A DNA stretch of 64,000 bases from Octopus sinensis. Lineage: Eukaryota. Both the position numbers and the translations under genes were made by a program. Location of the stretch: positions 6,324,001 to 6,388,000 of the forward strand of contig NC_043021.1 in NCBI RefSeq assembly GCF_006345805.1, in the 5' to 3' direction. Of this stretch, positions 24,750-39,539 are shown in pieces (position 1 is the first letter of the stretch; each line of letters starts with the position of its first letter). A model generated the notes under the pieces. That model was not told where the DNA came from. It searched no databases and was given only the letters and a program-made list of their open reading frames with translations.

Positions 24750-25612
24750 CTCTCTTTACTCTTTTACTTGTTTCAGTCATTTGACTGCGGCCATGCTGGA
24801 GCACCGCCTTTAGTCGAGCAAATCGACCCCGGGACTTATTCTTTGTAAGCCCAGTACTTATTCTATCGGTCTCTTTTTGCCGAACCGCTAAGTGACGGGG
24901 ACGTAAACACACACAATGCTAGAGGGACAAACACACAAACGCAACACATATATATATATATATATACATATATATGACAGGCTTCTTTCAGTTTTCGTCT
25001 ACCAAATCCACTCACAAGGCATTGGTCGGCCCGGGGCTATAGCAGAAGACACTTGCCCAAGATGCCACGCAGTGGGACTGAACCCGGAACCATGTGGTTG
25101 GTTAGCAAGCTACTTACCACACAGCCACTCCTGCGCCTTACATCTGTAAGCTTAAAAACAAGAACATGGTGGATAGTTACAGTTGCAATGTCTTTGATAA
25201 TAAGCCTGCAGGATCCAGGTTGACCTGGGGCTAAATTACAATAGCTACAACAACAACAACACCAATCTGTTTGTCATTATTCAGGAATAATCTTCTAAAT
25301 ATTGCTTAAAAGATTAAAGCTATTTGAAATACAAAAAAATAAGTGAAATTTGATAAAAATGCTAATTGGTTTATAAATTTGAGAAAATTAAGTTTTCTCG
25401 CAAAAATTATAAAATTATCTCTGATGGAAAAAATATGAATTCCAGTTAAGGTTGATTATTGTTTTGCTATTATAAGATAATAATTATTGATTAGTTCTTT
25501 GCAGTTTCTTGGAACCAAGATTTTGTCAATTCCAAAGTCAATAGCTTCTCTAAATAGATACGAAGAAATACTTCTTTTCATTCTGTTTCTTTTAAGACTT
25601 TTATAAATTTAT

Positions 25613-25650
<38 letters not shown>

Positions 25651-27071
25651 GCCCCCAGCCTTTTTCTAGGTATGTTGTTTGATTTTATCAATATTCAACT
25701 CTTTTACTCTTTTATTTGTTTCAGTCATTTGACTGCGGCCATGCTGGAGCACCGCCTTTAGTCGAGCAAATCGACCCCGGGACTTATTCTTTTTGTAAGC
25801 CCAATACTTATTCTATCGGTCTCTTTTGCCGAACCCGCTAGGTTACAAGGACGTAAACACACCAGCATCGGTTGTCAAGCAATGCTAGGGGGACAAACAC
25901 AGACACACAAACATATACACACACACACTTATATATATATACATATATACGACAGGCTTCTTTCAGTTTCCGTCTACCAAATCCACTCACAAGGCATTGG
26001 TCAGCCCGGGGCTATAGCAGAAGACACTTGCCCAAGATGCCACGCAGTGGGACTGAACCCGGAACCATGTGGTTGGTTAGCAAGCTACTTACCACACAGC
26101 CACTCCTGCGCCTTACATCTGTAAGCTTAAAAACAAGAACATGGTGGATAGTTACAGTTGCAATGTCTTTGATAATAAGCCTGCAGGATCCAGGTTGACC
26201 TGGGGCTAAATTACAATAGCTACAACAACAACAACACCAATCTGTTTGTCATTATTCAGGAATAATCTTCTAAATATTGCTTAAAAGATTAAAGCTATTT
26301 GAAATACAAAAAAATAAGTGAAATTTGATAAAAATGCTAATTGGTTTATAAATTTGAGAAAATTAAGTTTTCTCGCAAAAATTATAAAATTATCTCTGAT
26401 GGAAAAAATATGAATTCCAGTTAAGGTTGATTATTGTTTTGCTATTATAAGATAATAATTATTGATTAGTTCTTTGCAGTTTCTTGGAACCAAGATTTTG
26501 TCAATTCCAAAGTCAATAGCTTCTCTAAATAGATACGAAGAAATACTTCTTTTCATTCTGTTTCTTTTAAGACTTTTATAAATTTATGCACGTGTGTGTG
26601 TGTGTGCAGGCCCCCAGCCTTTTTCTAGGTATGTTGTTTGATTTTATCAATATTCAACTCTTTTACTCTTTTATTTGTTTCAGTCATTTGACTGCGGCCA
26701 TGCTGGAGCACCGCCTTTAGTCGAGCAAATCGACCCCGGGACTTATTCTTTTTGTAAGCCCAATACTTATTCTATCGGTCTCTTTTGCCGAACCCGCTAG
26801 GTTACAGGGACATAAACACACCAGCATCGGTTGTCAAGCAATGCTAGGGGGACAAACACAGACACACAAACATATACACACACACACTTATATATATATA
26901 CATATATACGACAGGCTTCTTTCAGTTTCCGTCTACCAAATCCACTCACAAGGCATTGGTCGGCCCGGGGCTATAGCAGAAGACACTTGCCCAAGATGCC
27001 ACGCGGTGGGACTGAACCCGGAACCATGTGGTTGGTTAGCAAGCTACTTACCACACAGCCACTCCTGCACC
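24750..27071. repeat. SINE-unique-SINE-unique-SINE tandem duplication (~960-970 bp unit)
   Basis: The unique block at ~25138-25697 is repeated almost exactly at ~26113-26656, differing mainly in (GT)n length. Confidence 0.92.
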
Positions 27072-27670
27072 TATCAACGTCCATGTTTTCTTCATCTTTT
27101 CCTTGTTTCAGTCAGCTGACTGTGGCCATGCTGGGGCACCACCTTGAAACTATTATTGTAGTTGACTGAATCGACCTCAGGACTTTTTCTTTAAGTCTGG
27201 TACTTATTGCATCGGTTCTCTTTTGCCAAACTGCTAAGTTACCAACATTGGTTGTCAAGTAATGGTGGGGAGAAATGCAGACTCACACACACACACACAA
27301 GATGGGCTTCTTTTAGTTTCTGTTTACCAAATCCACTTACAAGGCCGTAGTTGGCCTGAGGCTTGCCCAAGGTACCACACAGTGGAACTGAACCTGGAAC
27401 CATGTGGCTGGAAAGTAGGCTTCTTACCACACAGCCATGCCTGTGCCTATGTTTGTTATAGTTTTTACAAGCTATTTGGTAACCCCACTGGTGCTGGTGC
27501 CACATAAAAAGCACCCAGCACACTCTGTTGGGTGGTTGGCATAAGGAAGGGGCATCCAACCATGGAAACCAAGCCAAAACAGACAAGTGGGGCCTGATGC
27601 AGGTCTCCGGCTTCCCAGTTCCTATCAACCCATCCAACTCATATCAGCATGGAAAAACTGATATTTAATG

Positions 27671-28260
27671 GCCGGTGGCACATAAAATGCACCATCCGAA
27701 CGTGGCCGATGCCAGCGCGGCTTCGACTGGCTTCTGTGCCGGTGGCACATAAAATGCACCATCCGAACGTGGCCGATGCCAGCGCTGCCTTGGCTGGCTT
27801 CCGTGCCGGTGACACATAAAAAGCACCATCCCAACGTGGCCAATGCCAGCGCCGCCTCGACTGGCTTCTGTGCCGGTGACACATAAAAAGCACCATCCCA
27901 ACGTGGCCGATGCCAGCGCCGCCTCGACTGGCTTCTGTGCCGGTGACACATAAAAAGCACCATCCCAACGTGGCCAATGCCAGCGCCGCCTCGACTGGCT
28001 TCTGTGCCGGTGACACATAAAAAGCACCATCCCAACATGGCCGATGCCAGCGCCGCCTTGGCTGGCTTCCGTGCCAGTGGCACATAAAAAGCACCATCCG
28101 AACATGGCCGATGCCAGTGCTGCCTTGGCTGGCTTCCGTGCCGGTGGCACATAAAAAGCACCATCCGAACGTGGCCGATGCCAGCGCCGACTTGGCTGGC
28201 TTCCGTGCCGGTGGCACGTTAAAAGCACCAACCAATCGTGGCTGATGCCAGACTCCCCTG
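27671..28260 (+). repeat. 67-bp GC-rich minisatellite (8 full units plus 1 partial), expanded inside an RTE 3'-UTR-derived repeat
   Basis: gcc(g/a)gtg(g/a)cac unit starts at 27671, 27738, 27805, 27872, 27939, 28006, 28073, 28140 and 28207. It runs into the family tail ending in (gat)n at ~28460. Confidence 0.92.
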
Positions 28261-28829
28261 GCACATAAAAAGCACCCACTACACTCGCGGAGTGGTTGGC
28301 GTAAGGAAGGGCATCCAGCTGTAGAAACACTACCAGATCAGACTGGAGCCTGGTGCAGCCTCCTGGCTTCCCAGACCCCAGTTGAACCGTCCAACCCGTG
28401 CTAGCGCGGAAAATGGACGTTAAACGATGATGATTAAACGATGATGATGATGATGATGAACTTTAGTTTTACTCGTTGCTGGTTTTGTCTGACTCCAGTT
28501 TTGCTTTTCGTTTTTGATTTGCAAATCCTTCCATGTCCTTTTGGTTGTTCATGCAACTTAGTGGTTGCTGTGCACATGTTATATAAAAGAGTCTTTTTTC
28601 TGACAAGAACATCGCCGGATGATGCACTTATGTGAGCATGGAGTTAATATAATTATATTAACATACATCGAATTGAAACTGAACGTTTTTAAATAAATAA
28701 ATAAATATATGAAAAAAGAAAATAGGGAAAAGGGTGTGGAATGAAGTGGGACAAGAGAAGTAGAAAAAGGGAGAACAAGCAGGTGGAGTTATATGTAGAT
28801 TTTTTGCCTTCTTTTTTTTTTCCAGTGTG

Positions 28830-28866
<37 letters not shown>

Positions 28867-29054
28867 TTAATATCAGTTTGATTCAACTCCACATCGCCAA
28901 AACTGAGTCAAACTTAATTAAATATATGTTAACTTCAACCGAATGTGGTGAATGCTACTTTTTTGCACCTCTTCACTCATATATATATATATGTGTATGT
29001 ATATATATATATATATATATTTATACACACACACACTCATATATATATACACAT

Positions 29055-29085
<31 letters not shown>

Positions 29086-29139
29086 GCATGGAAAGCGGAC
29101 GTTAAACGATGATGATGATATATACATACACATATACAG

Positions 29140-29171
<32 letters not shown>

Positions 29172-30291
29172 CACATATACATGTATATATATATATATAT
29201 TATATATATATATACATACACATATACATGTATATATATATATATCTTTATATATATATACATACACATATACATGTATATAATATATATATATTATATA
29301 TACACATACACATATACAGTATATATATATATATATATATACATACATATACATGTATATATATGCATATATATATATATATATATACACACACATACAT
29401 GTATATATATGCATATATATACACATATACATTATATATATATATATGCACACATACATACACACACACATACATGCACAAACATGCAAATACGTACACA
29501 CATACACTTGCATATTACCAATATAAAAGACAGTTCAAAGACGTAGATGACAGAAAGCGTGAAAATAAATAACAGAAAATACAGTTTCATCTCCTCCGCA
29601 ATGAAAAGAAAAAAAAAGGAACAACAACGATTTTTCAGTTTGTTAATATTTAAATTTTTTATTACTATTATTATTATTATTATTATTCTAAGTATCAAAT
29701 CTTTCACCAAAATATTAGCCAAAGCTGGACTAACAAAATGTGTATTTATGTTAAGAAATCAGCTCATTTTATATATTTCGTCTCCAAAAAGGTGCAGTTG
29801 TTTTTTTTTACAGAAAAGTCTCAAGAAATCGACAAATTCTCTATAAAGAAATATATTGATTTAAAATATTCATTTTATTCATTATATAATAACTGTACAC
29901 ATACGTACACACACACACACAGTGAGACTTATATGTGTGTGTAAAAATATACACTCGACTAAGACCTACTACATATATACCGATATACACGCAAACATAT
30001 ATATATACACATACACACAGACTTACAGACACAGGGACACTTGAATATAAAAATACAGAACTTCAGAGAATATAAACATATAAACATACAACATATAGAG
30101 GTAAATTTACATTAGTATTTACATTTGCGTTTATTCCTTATATTTTTTTGCATGCATTAGAAACAGGCATATACATATGCACACATATCTATATATAAGT
30201 ATATATACATATACACACACATACATACACATTCTGTATTTATTTTATATATATATATACATTCATACACATATACATGTATACCTACTTA

Positions 30292-30333
<42 letters not shown>

Positions 30334-30555
30334 GTACACACGTTAGAAAACAAAAGCTATATATATATATATATCTTTATATATATATACCTTTATATAT
30401 ATACCTATATATATATACCTTTATATATATACCTATATATATACCTTATATATATATATATTTATCTTTATAATATATATACACACACATACGTTAGAAA
30501 ACAAAGGCTATATATATATATATATATATATATATCTTATATATATATATATACC

Positions 30556-30587
<32 letters not shown>

Positions 30588-31487
30588 GCTGCATTCCATT
30601 ACACATAATCACTCAAAAAAAATAATAACAATATAGACTTTTTTTGTGTGGAAAAACCAAATATACAGAACCGATGCATGTGCATTAATCCGATGAAATT
30701 GCCAATAGGAAATCCTCACAATTTCAACACCTATTCATGTTTTTCCCAATGTTTGTAAGCTCTAACAACATTTACCTTTCTATCCATCTTTAACTGCCTA
30801 TCTATTTTATCAACCAACCCCTATGCATACATATATATACCATTCTACTTCACTTCTAGCTGCCATTTATCACTTCTATTTTACTGTCGTGATTCTCTCT
30901 TTTTTCTCTCTGATCCTACCACCCAAAAGGGTCCTCACTCCCTTTCATTTCTCCGTGACAGTCTCTATCTTCACTCACCTGCCGACACCTTCAGCCTCAC
31001 TACTGATTCTACCCAAATCTCGCCCCCCACCCCCACCCCCCGTTTTCATAGTGAATAGATGCCTGCTCTCATCTCAACACTCACACTACTGAACACCAGA
31101 AGGTGATACAGCGTAGACCTAATATTCTCCATGCTGTACCTCACATGTTCCATTTACTCAGATCGTAAAACAATCCATTATTATCTTGTTAGCTTCATTT
31201 TATATTTGACCCCCTAAATTCGTGAATGCATGATCATGCCTGCCCATTTGTTTCCCCCTTAGTATTTAATCGTTTTTCAGGCGTACTGATCTATACCCTT
31301 GCAACTCTAATGGGTTGCGGGTATTGTTATAGAGAACAATCTAGTATTTGATGTTGAAATTGTGAAGACTGGATTTAACTTGTGCACATCTATTGATGCA
31401 ATCTGTTTTCCTTACAAAATCCTTTTGCCCATCTGTATTATTCTTTGCAAATATATACATTAACACAGGCACATCATTATCTATCTG

Positions 31488-31542
<55 letters not shown>

Positions 31543-32151
31543 AATCCATCTATCTATCTATATATATATATATATATATAGATAAGTGTGGCTATGTGGT
31601 AAGATGCTTGCTTCCCAACCACATGGTTCCGGGTTCAGTCCCACTGTGTGACACCTTGGGCAAGTGTCTTCTACTATAGCCTTGGGCCAACCAAAGCCTT
31701 GTGAGTAGATTTGGTAGATGGAAACCGAAAGAAGCCTGTTGTGTGCATACACGATGGAATTCTTTCAGTTTCTGTCTAGCAAATCCACTCAGAAGGCTTT
31801 GGCTGGGCCGGGGCTATAATAGGAGACACTTGCCCAAGGTGCCACGTAGTGGGACTGAACCTGGAACCATGTGGTTGGGAAGCAAACTTCTTACCACACA
31901 GCCACACATGCACCTATAAAAATTTATGATCTTACATTCATATATTTGTATACATACATATCTATAAAGATACACAAATGAACTGACACACACACACACA
32001 CATATATATATATACATAGATACAAACATTTATACACATACACACACACACACAAACATATCACATAAACTATATATACTTTTTTTTAAACATATAGACA
32101 TAAATATTTATATATATATATGCATTTACATATTTTTACACATAGGTATAT

Positions 32152-32196
<45 letters not shown>

Positions 32197-32560
32197 CACA
32201 CTTATATATAGACATAGATACACACACACATATATATATATATATTGGCATGTACACTCACACACACACACATATATATATATATATACACACATATATA
32301 GACATGGATACACACATATATCTATATTAGCATGTACACTCACACACACACACATATAAATAAACATATACAAAAACACATAAAAGCATATATATATACA
32401 GCTATTTATATATCCATACACGCACACTTGCATATACATAACGTAAAGGCTGGCAACAGATAAGTCAATCTACTAGAGAAAATAAATAAAGTTTGTTAAC
32501 ACAACAGACTTACTTAAAGCAGAGGGAAGGGTGAAGATTATTACTGTTATCACTACTATT

Positions 32561-32592
<32 letters not shown>

Positions 32593-33180
32593 ATTTTTTT
32601 CTTTTCTGTTTGTGGAGATGCTTAAAAGTGAGATGTCGTCAGTAACGTTGCTGATGGTGTCTAGATGATGACACTAACTGTGATAATGTCACAGGCACCA
32701 CCAGACATACAACGAATGTTTACTCTTTTAGATTTCATTTCAGCAGAAAAGTAGATGTGAAAAATTGTAAGAAAAAAGTTGAATGTCTCCACCAAAACAG
32801 TTGCTTTTTTTTTTACTTTTTTTCTGTCCTTTTTTTTCTTTTTAGCGATTAAAATATTTACATGTGAGACTAGCCCCCCATGAAATATGTGTGCATAGAT
32901 ATCAAACAGCCGGCTAGCAAGTTTAACTTTTGCTAGCTCTGTCTGTGTTTATGAGAAGTTTATGCATGGGTGTGCATGTCTGTGTGTGTGTGTGTGTAGG
33001 TGTGCATGCGTGTGTATGCATATATGTGAGCTTTGAAATAAATTTCTGCTAGTTTCAGTTTGTATTCATTTAAAAGTTTTCTCGTAATATTGTGAATACC
33101 TCCATTTCATCATAAATATATGGATACATAGACACATTCACATACATGTACCTTTATGTATGTAAATGTATACATGCATA

Positions 33181-33231
<51 letters not shown>

Positions 33232-33824
33232 TATCATTGCATATATATATATATATCATTGCATATATATATATATATATATCATTGCATATATATATAT
33301 ATATATATATATCATTGCATATATAATATATATATATATATCATTGCATCTATATATATATATATATATACATATATATATACATCATTGCATCTATTGC
33401 ATTACAAAAAATTTTCCTTAAAATTTAATTCAGTATAAAAGACAGTTGTAAATTTTCTTTAAGTTTTCAAACCGATGTTGATATGTTTTTGAAACTTTCT
33501 GCACTCTTCAACTTCATATTAAAACATTTATATTTCATCAGATTTTACATAAATTTTACATAATTGCAACATTTTTATGTTTCATTTTCTATTGGAAAAT
33601 CTGTCAAACACGTGGAATTGGAGAAGAGCTTGGAGCCTGGTGTTTGGAGTTTGGAAATGGAAATTTTGGAGTGGCAAAAAAAAAATAAAAGCAAGGCAAT
33701 ATACAAAATGTAAAAATTGTGCTTTGTTTTTGCTAGAGCAGCCACAGTGAATAGTTTAAAATGTATATTCGAATTTATTTTAAAACAGAATCACTATATT
33801 TTCCAATACTATCAATATCATACA

Positions 33825-34125
33825 TTTCAATGAAAACTTCATTATTCCAATAAAATTTCTGTTCCAATGAAACTTCTATATATTTCAACAAAAATTTTAT
33901 ATAGTCCAATAAAAATTTAATATATCTCAATGAATATTTTTTGCATTTCAATGAAAAAACTTCTATATTTTAATGAATACTTTATACATTTCAATGAAAA
34001 TTCTATATATTTCAAGAATTTTAAATATTTTAAAGAAAACTTCTATATTTCAATGAAAGTTTTTCTATATTTTAATGATAATATTAATATATTTCAATGA
34101 TAATATTTATATATTTCAGTAAAAA
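33825..34125. repeat. Degenerate ~22-24-bp AT-rich minisatellite (atttcaatgaaaacttctatat)
   Basis: About a dozen imperfect tandem copies. Confidence 0.7.
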
Positions 34126-37100
34126 TGTTCAGATTTCTGTATTTATGTTAGGAAGTAAGAAAGAAAACAGGAGAAAAATATAGAAATTTCAATTAAATTC
34201 CAATTTTTTTAAAAATAAAATCCCTAAAAAATAATGTTCCTTAGCCAAAAAAAATCACTCAAAGTGTTGGCAAAACAGGAATAATTATAATGTGAATAAA
34301 GTCGGACAATTGAAATGTAAATTCATTCACTTTATTTTTTTATCTTTTCTTTCATTAGTTAATTAGTGAAATAAATATATATATATGAAGGACTGCAGAG
34401 AAATAGAGGGAAGTGGAGATTATTTAATTTTATGGAGAAATTTGTTTGTTTTGATTTTTAAAAATATGTTGGGTAATTTGAAATGCACTGCCCTATTGCA
34501 CTACCTATTGTATACTTACATTGTTTATTAAAACTATTACACTGTTTGTTGCACTGTCTCAGCCAGTTGCAACATCACTCTGCCCTATCGCTCTGTCTGT
34601 TTCACTATTGCACTATTTCTTACGTTGTCTTAACCAGTTAGAACCAATTAGAACATCAGCTAGTTTGAAGTGTGTGTCTGTGATTGTGGCTGAAGTGTGA
34701 AAGGAAGGATAGGAAAGCTGAACAGTAGTAATGGGGATGGTAGGGAGAATGTTTTGTCAGACAGCTATGCTTTCTAAAACATGGTACTGACTTTGGTTGA
34801 GGTTGTAATGATAGCGTTGTTTAGCCCCCAAGTCATCCCTGATAGGGCAGCCCTATGAGCAAAGATATTTCAGCCTTAATCATCCCATCAAATTTTTTTT
34901 TCCTGGAGATAATGTATTATTTTGCCTTACATTATCCAACATGTCCCTTCTTCCTTTTTCAAAATTGATATAGTGTGATTTGAGGGAGATTTGTTCACTA
35001 TTTCTAGTAGGTCGAGTAACCATGTAGAGGTTCTTCATTTTGTATCGATGCTGGTGGTAACAGAGAACTTTATAATCTCTCGCACTTTACATGTTGACAA
35101 TACTAATTCTAGTTTACTCTTGTTTCTAGAAATAAACAGATTCGATGAGTTGTTTCAGGGTTGGTGTTGTTGTTGGTGGTGGGAGGCAGAAGATTTGGCT
35201 GGCAACTATGTCACACTCTCTGTAGACTGATGGAACTACATTCACAAACTACAATTGCAGGGGGAATGCATACAAAATCTTTGCCAAACAAGGTGACTTC
35301 ATCAAAATGAGTGCAGCAGAGGACAATGTTTTAAAAATCTATGCTGAAACCTCCAGTCCACCAAAGAGTGCTATTACAGTATTGCAGAATGAGTGCAGAG
35401 GATATGAATAAAGTTTTTTGTTTAAATTGTGAACTTATCAAAATAAGTGCAGAGGAGAGATTTAGAATCCCTTTTTGAGTGCTAAGGTCATCAATGAGTG
35501 CACAGGACATGATTGAAATCTCTGCAAAAATGGTGAAGGTGTCAATCCAGTGTTGGACATGTCTGAAATCCATGCAAAAAAACCCAGTCATATCATCAAA
35601 ATGGGATCGGGTGGGGTGGGGGAACTTCATTGAAATTTCATCAGAAGTGGTGAACTCATCAAAACGAGAGCACAAAACACATTTGACATCCTTGCGAAAG
35701 AATGCGGAGGATACGATTAAAATCTCTGTAAAAAATAGCAACGCCATCAAATTGAGTGCTGACAAGAACATATTTGAAACAACTTGAAATCGGTGATGTC
35801 ATCATATAAATGTAAAAGAGAGGTTCAAAATCCTTCCAAAATTTCAAAGTCTCTACCTTGAGGATGTTATCAAAAGAGGGTGTGCAGCAAAAACAACTGC
35901 AACACCACAAAACCAATGACACCAAATTATATGAGTGAAAAGAAATAAGCATCACGTCTCCCAAAACCAATAATATATCACTTTAACGAGATCAACCAAA
36001 CAACAGCCATCTCTTTTCTAAATGATGCGGTCATCATAATGAGATCAACCAAACAATAATCATATCTCTTTTAAGTGATGATATTATCAAAATCGTTAGC
36101 AGTTTTCACATTTCCAATAGCAGGAATTAAAGTTCTGGATTCTTGGGTTGAATGTAAAGATGGTAGAGAAAAATAATGTATTTCTTTACTACCCACAAGG
36201 GGCTAAACACAGAGGGGACAAACAAGGACAGACAAACGGATTAAGTCAATTACATCAACCCCTGTGTGTAACAGGTACTTAATTTATCGACCCCCGAAAG
36301 GATGAAAGGCAAAGTCGACCTCGGCGGAATTTGAACCCAGAACGTAACGGCAGACGAAATACCGCTGAGCATTTTCGCCCGGCGTGCTGGTCGAGAAAAA
36401 TAATGAGAATGGTGATGATGAGGAAGCTAATGACTAGCATTACGAGCTGAAATACTTTATTTTACAATAGAACTTCAAGTACAATATAGAAATATGGTTG
36501 GGAGGAGGAAGTGTGTTCAAATGTAAAAATATTGACTCTCTGCAGATAGAATAAATCGATTAAGACTATACAATAGATAGATAGATTACAGGGTCTCTCT
36601 CTCTCTTTCATATGTACACACACACACATACAATTGATGAGTGTGGCAGCCTCCTATGTTGCTACACTGAATTTCACATGATACACATACTGTCAGGTAA
36701 GATGGCATTACAGCATCCATTATTTCAATTATCTCCCTTGGTAGGAAACTCTCCTGACAAACCACCAATGTGCCACACGTTAAAAAATACACGACCTGGA
36801 ATAACCAATAAAACAGATATGCTTTTCTACTTTTACTAGTATCAGTAGAGGCTGTGGCCATGCTGGAACACTATCTTTAGCATGGTTGGTTTTAATTTCA
36901 CACTCACTCCATGGCCTTCTCTTTTCGGAATCGTTTCTTATAAAACAATCGTGAATAATTTCAAAACTTCTATTTCAGGACACACAAGATTAGCTTCAAA
37001 AATGTGTATCACATGAAGCTTTGAATATCAACACAGAAGGTTCTGCTATAGTACAATAAATAATTAAACTCTGCAATATGTATTGAGTACTTACATTCTC

Positions 37101-38455
37101 ATCTATCAAATTAAAAAAAGTATGTACATTTTATATATACATATATATGAATGTTATGTACATATATATATATATATATACAACACATATATATGCATAT
37201 GTATATATATATATGTATGTATGTATATATATATGCATATGTATCTATATATATATATATATATATATTCATATGTATCTTCTATATATATATGTATGTC
37301 TATATATATATATATACGTATGTCTATATATAATATATTATATATATATATATATAATATATATACATACACAATTGTGTCCATTTTTTTTTTTGCAAAG
37401 CACGTGCATTCATATCTACATACATACGCATAAATACATATATTTAGATCTGTTTCCATACACACTTTCGTATATAAACATAGAAAAGCTAATATATATC
37501 TGTGGACTTATTTATTTACACAATTATACTCATATGTATATACATGATTATATATCTATATACATCTATCAATCTCTCTCTCTTTGTGTCTTTCTCTCTC
37601 GCCCTCCCTCCTTTCCTATATACATACACACAGACACACACACATATATACATATATATATGAAGAAGAGAGAGAGAGAGAGTGAGATAATACGTAAACA
37701 CACACAAACGTTTTGTAAGGGTGTGAGCATTAGGTAAACCTAATATTTTATATCGTGGAACAATTGATAGAGGTAGGTGCACTCTGAGGGAGTGGTGGTG
37801 GTGGTGCTGAGGGGGGTTGTTACAAGTGCTGTAGGTGGTGTTGGTGGTGGTAGTGGTGGAGAACGCCTTACGGGAGTGGACGGGTGGAGAATTCTTCAGT
37901 GCTGTTAATACTATTATGTAAAAAAAAAAAAAAAATCGAAGTAATGTGTTTGTGTGTATGCATAAGAGATAAAGAAAGAGAGAGAGGGAGAAAGAGAGAG
38001 AGAGAGAGAAGATAGAGAAAAACTGTGCGTATGAGAGCTGTGTGTGTTTGTGTGTGGGTGTATATACATATACACGCACACACTTATATATAGGTATGTG
38101 CATGCATATATATATACATATATATATAAATACATATATGTATGTGTATATATATATATATATACGTATGTATATATATACATATATATATACAAATACA
38201 TATATATATGTATACATATGTGTGTATATATATATATATATATATTGAGTGTGTGTATACACACATACATATATATATATGTATACATATATGTGTATAT
38301 AATATATATATGTGAGTGTGTGTATACACACACATACAAATGTATGTGTATGTATGTATGTATATATATAATATATATATATATATATAATCTTTTATCT
38401 TTTACTTGTTTCAGTCATTTGACTGCGGCCATGCTGGAGCACCCCTTTATATATA

Positions 38456-38503
<48 letters not shown>

Positions 38504-39448
38504 ATATGTATATATATGTATATACACACAGACATATATATATATTTATATTTATATTTATAGTGTGTGTGAGTATAAGATTGTAAGAGTGATATATATG
38601 TTTGCAATTGGAATACGAGCATTAATGCAAATGTTAGGGTGGACGAGAGAAAGAGCTTCTGTGTGGTAGGGTGTATATATGTTCATGTGTGTATGTATGT
38701 GTATATAATGTTTGAACTGTGAATGAAAAAGTTGGAATCTCATGACCGAGCCGACTTTGGTCAGCCAGTCAGACTCAAATGCCCACACCAAGAGGACACT
38801 GACATCGTCATCATCGTCAGCACCAGTGTCAAGTGTAGCCAAAAGTGTTGACCACTGGAACTTGGTGTGACCAACCACAAAGAATGTCCAAAGCGGACAT
38901 TACTACAGGTGAGGTTCGAATAAATAAAAACGACAACAACAAAGACAAGGAGAGAGAAGGAGGGTGTTGGTGGTGGTGGTGTTGGTGGTGGTGGTGTTGG
39001 TGGTGGTGATGAGGAAGAGATGCCATAGGTGAATTGTGGGTAGGGGTACTAGTAGTGGAGGTACTTGAAACACATCGACAACAACAGCAAAAACAACTAC
39101 TATTGACATCAAACAATAACATCAGCAGATGCTTAAACGGTCAGAAAGGGTGAAACCACAGTTACAGCTTCTACTCATTGACCTCTCTCTCCTACTCCTC
39201 CCCCACCCTCCCCCGTCCCCCAAATACACAATTTTTTTTCTCTTTTTTTTTCCCATCCCCCCCGCCCCGCCCACTAAAATGACTGACACCAGCTCTTTCT
39301 CTTTCTCTTCCCTCCTCTGTGTACCCCTAAACCCCCAGCAGCTTCTTCGGTCAGAACACGAAGGTGTTCCTGGACACCTGGAGACAATGCCTGGTTTTCA
39401 AAAGATCAGTAGCCCTGGACAACTACCCAAAACAGCCAGCCCGTCAGT

Positions 39449-39539
39449 TCAATCTGCGCTGGAGTCCAACATCTTCTCATACTCACATAACGCTTGGTGG
39501 ATGAATTCGTACTGTTCATGTGTCTGGATCATTCCACCT
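39449..39539 (-). CDS. KIM-family protein tyrosine phosphatase, last coding exon (R-GGMIQTHEQYEFIHQALCEYEKMLDSSAD*)
   Basis: ttgcag acceptor; Q-loop motif GGMIQT.EQY; TGA at 39449-39451. Confidence 0.93.

Noticed and set aside
27671-28260. CRISPR-like regular array and its three long overlapping ORFs
   Set aside because: The units are contiguous with no unique spacers, there are no cas genes and the context is eukaryotic; the ORFs are translations of the repeat.
29037-38586. Many YI/CV/HT-rich ORFs up to 271 aa
   Set aside because: They are translations of (AT)n and (AC)n microsatellites, which lack stops.
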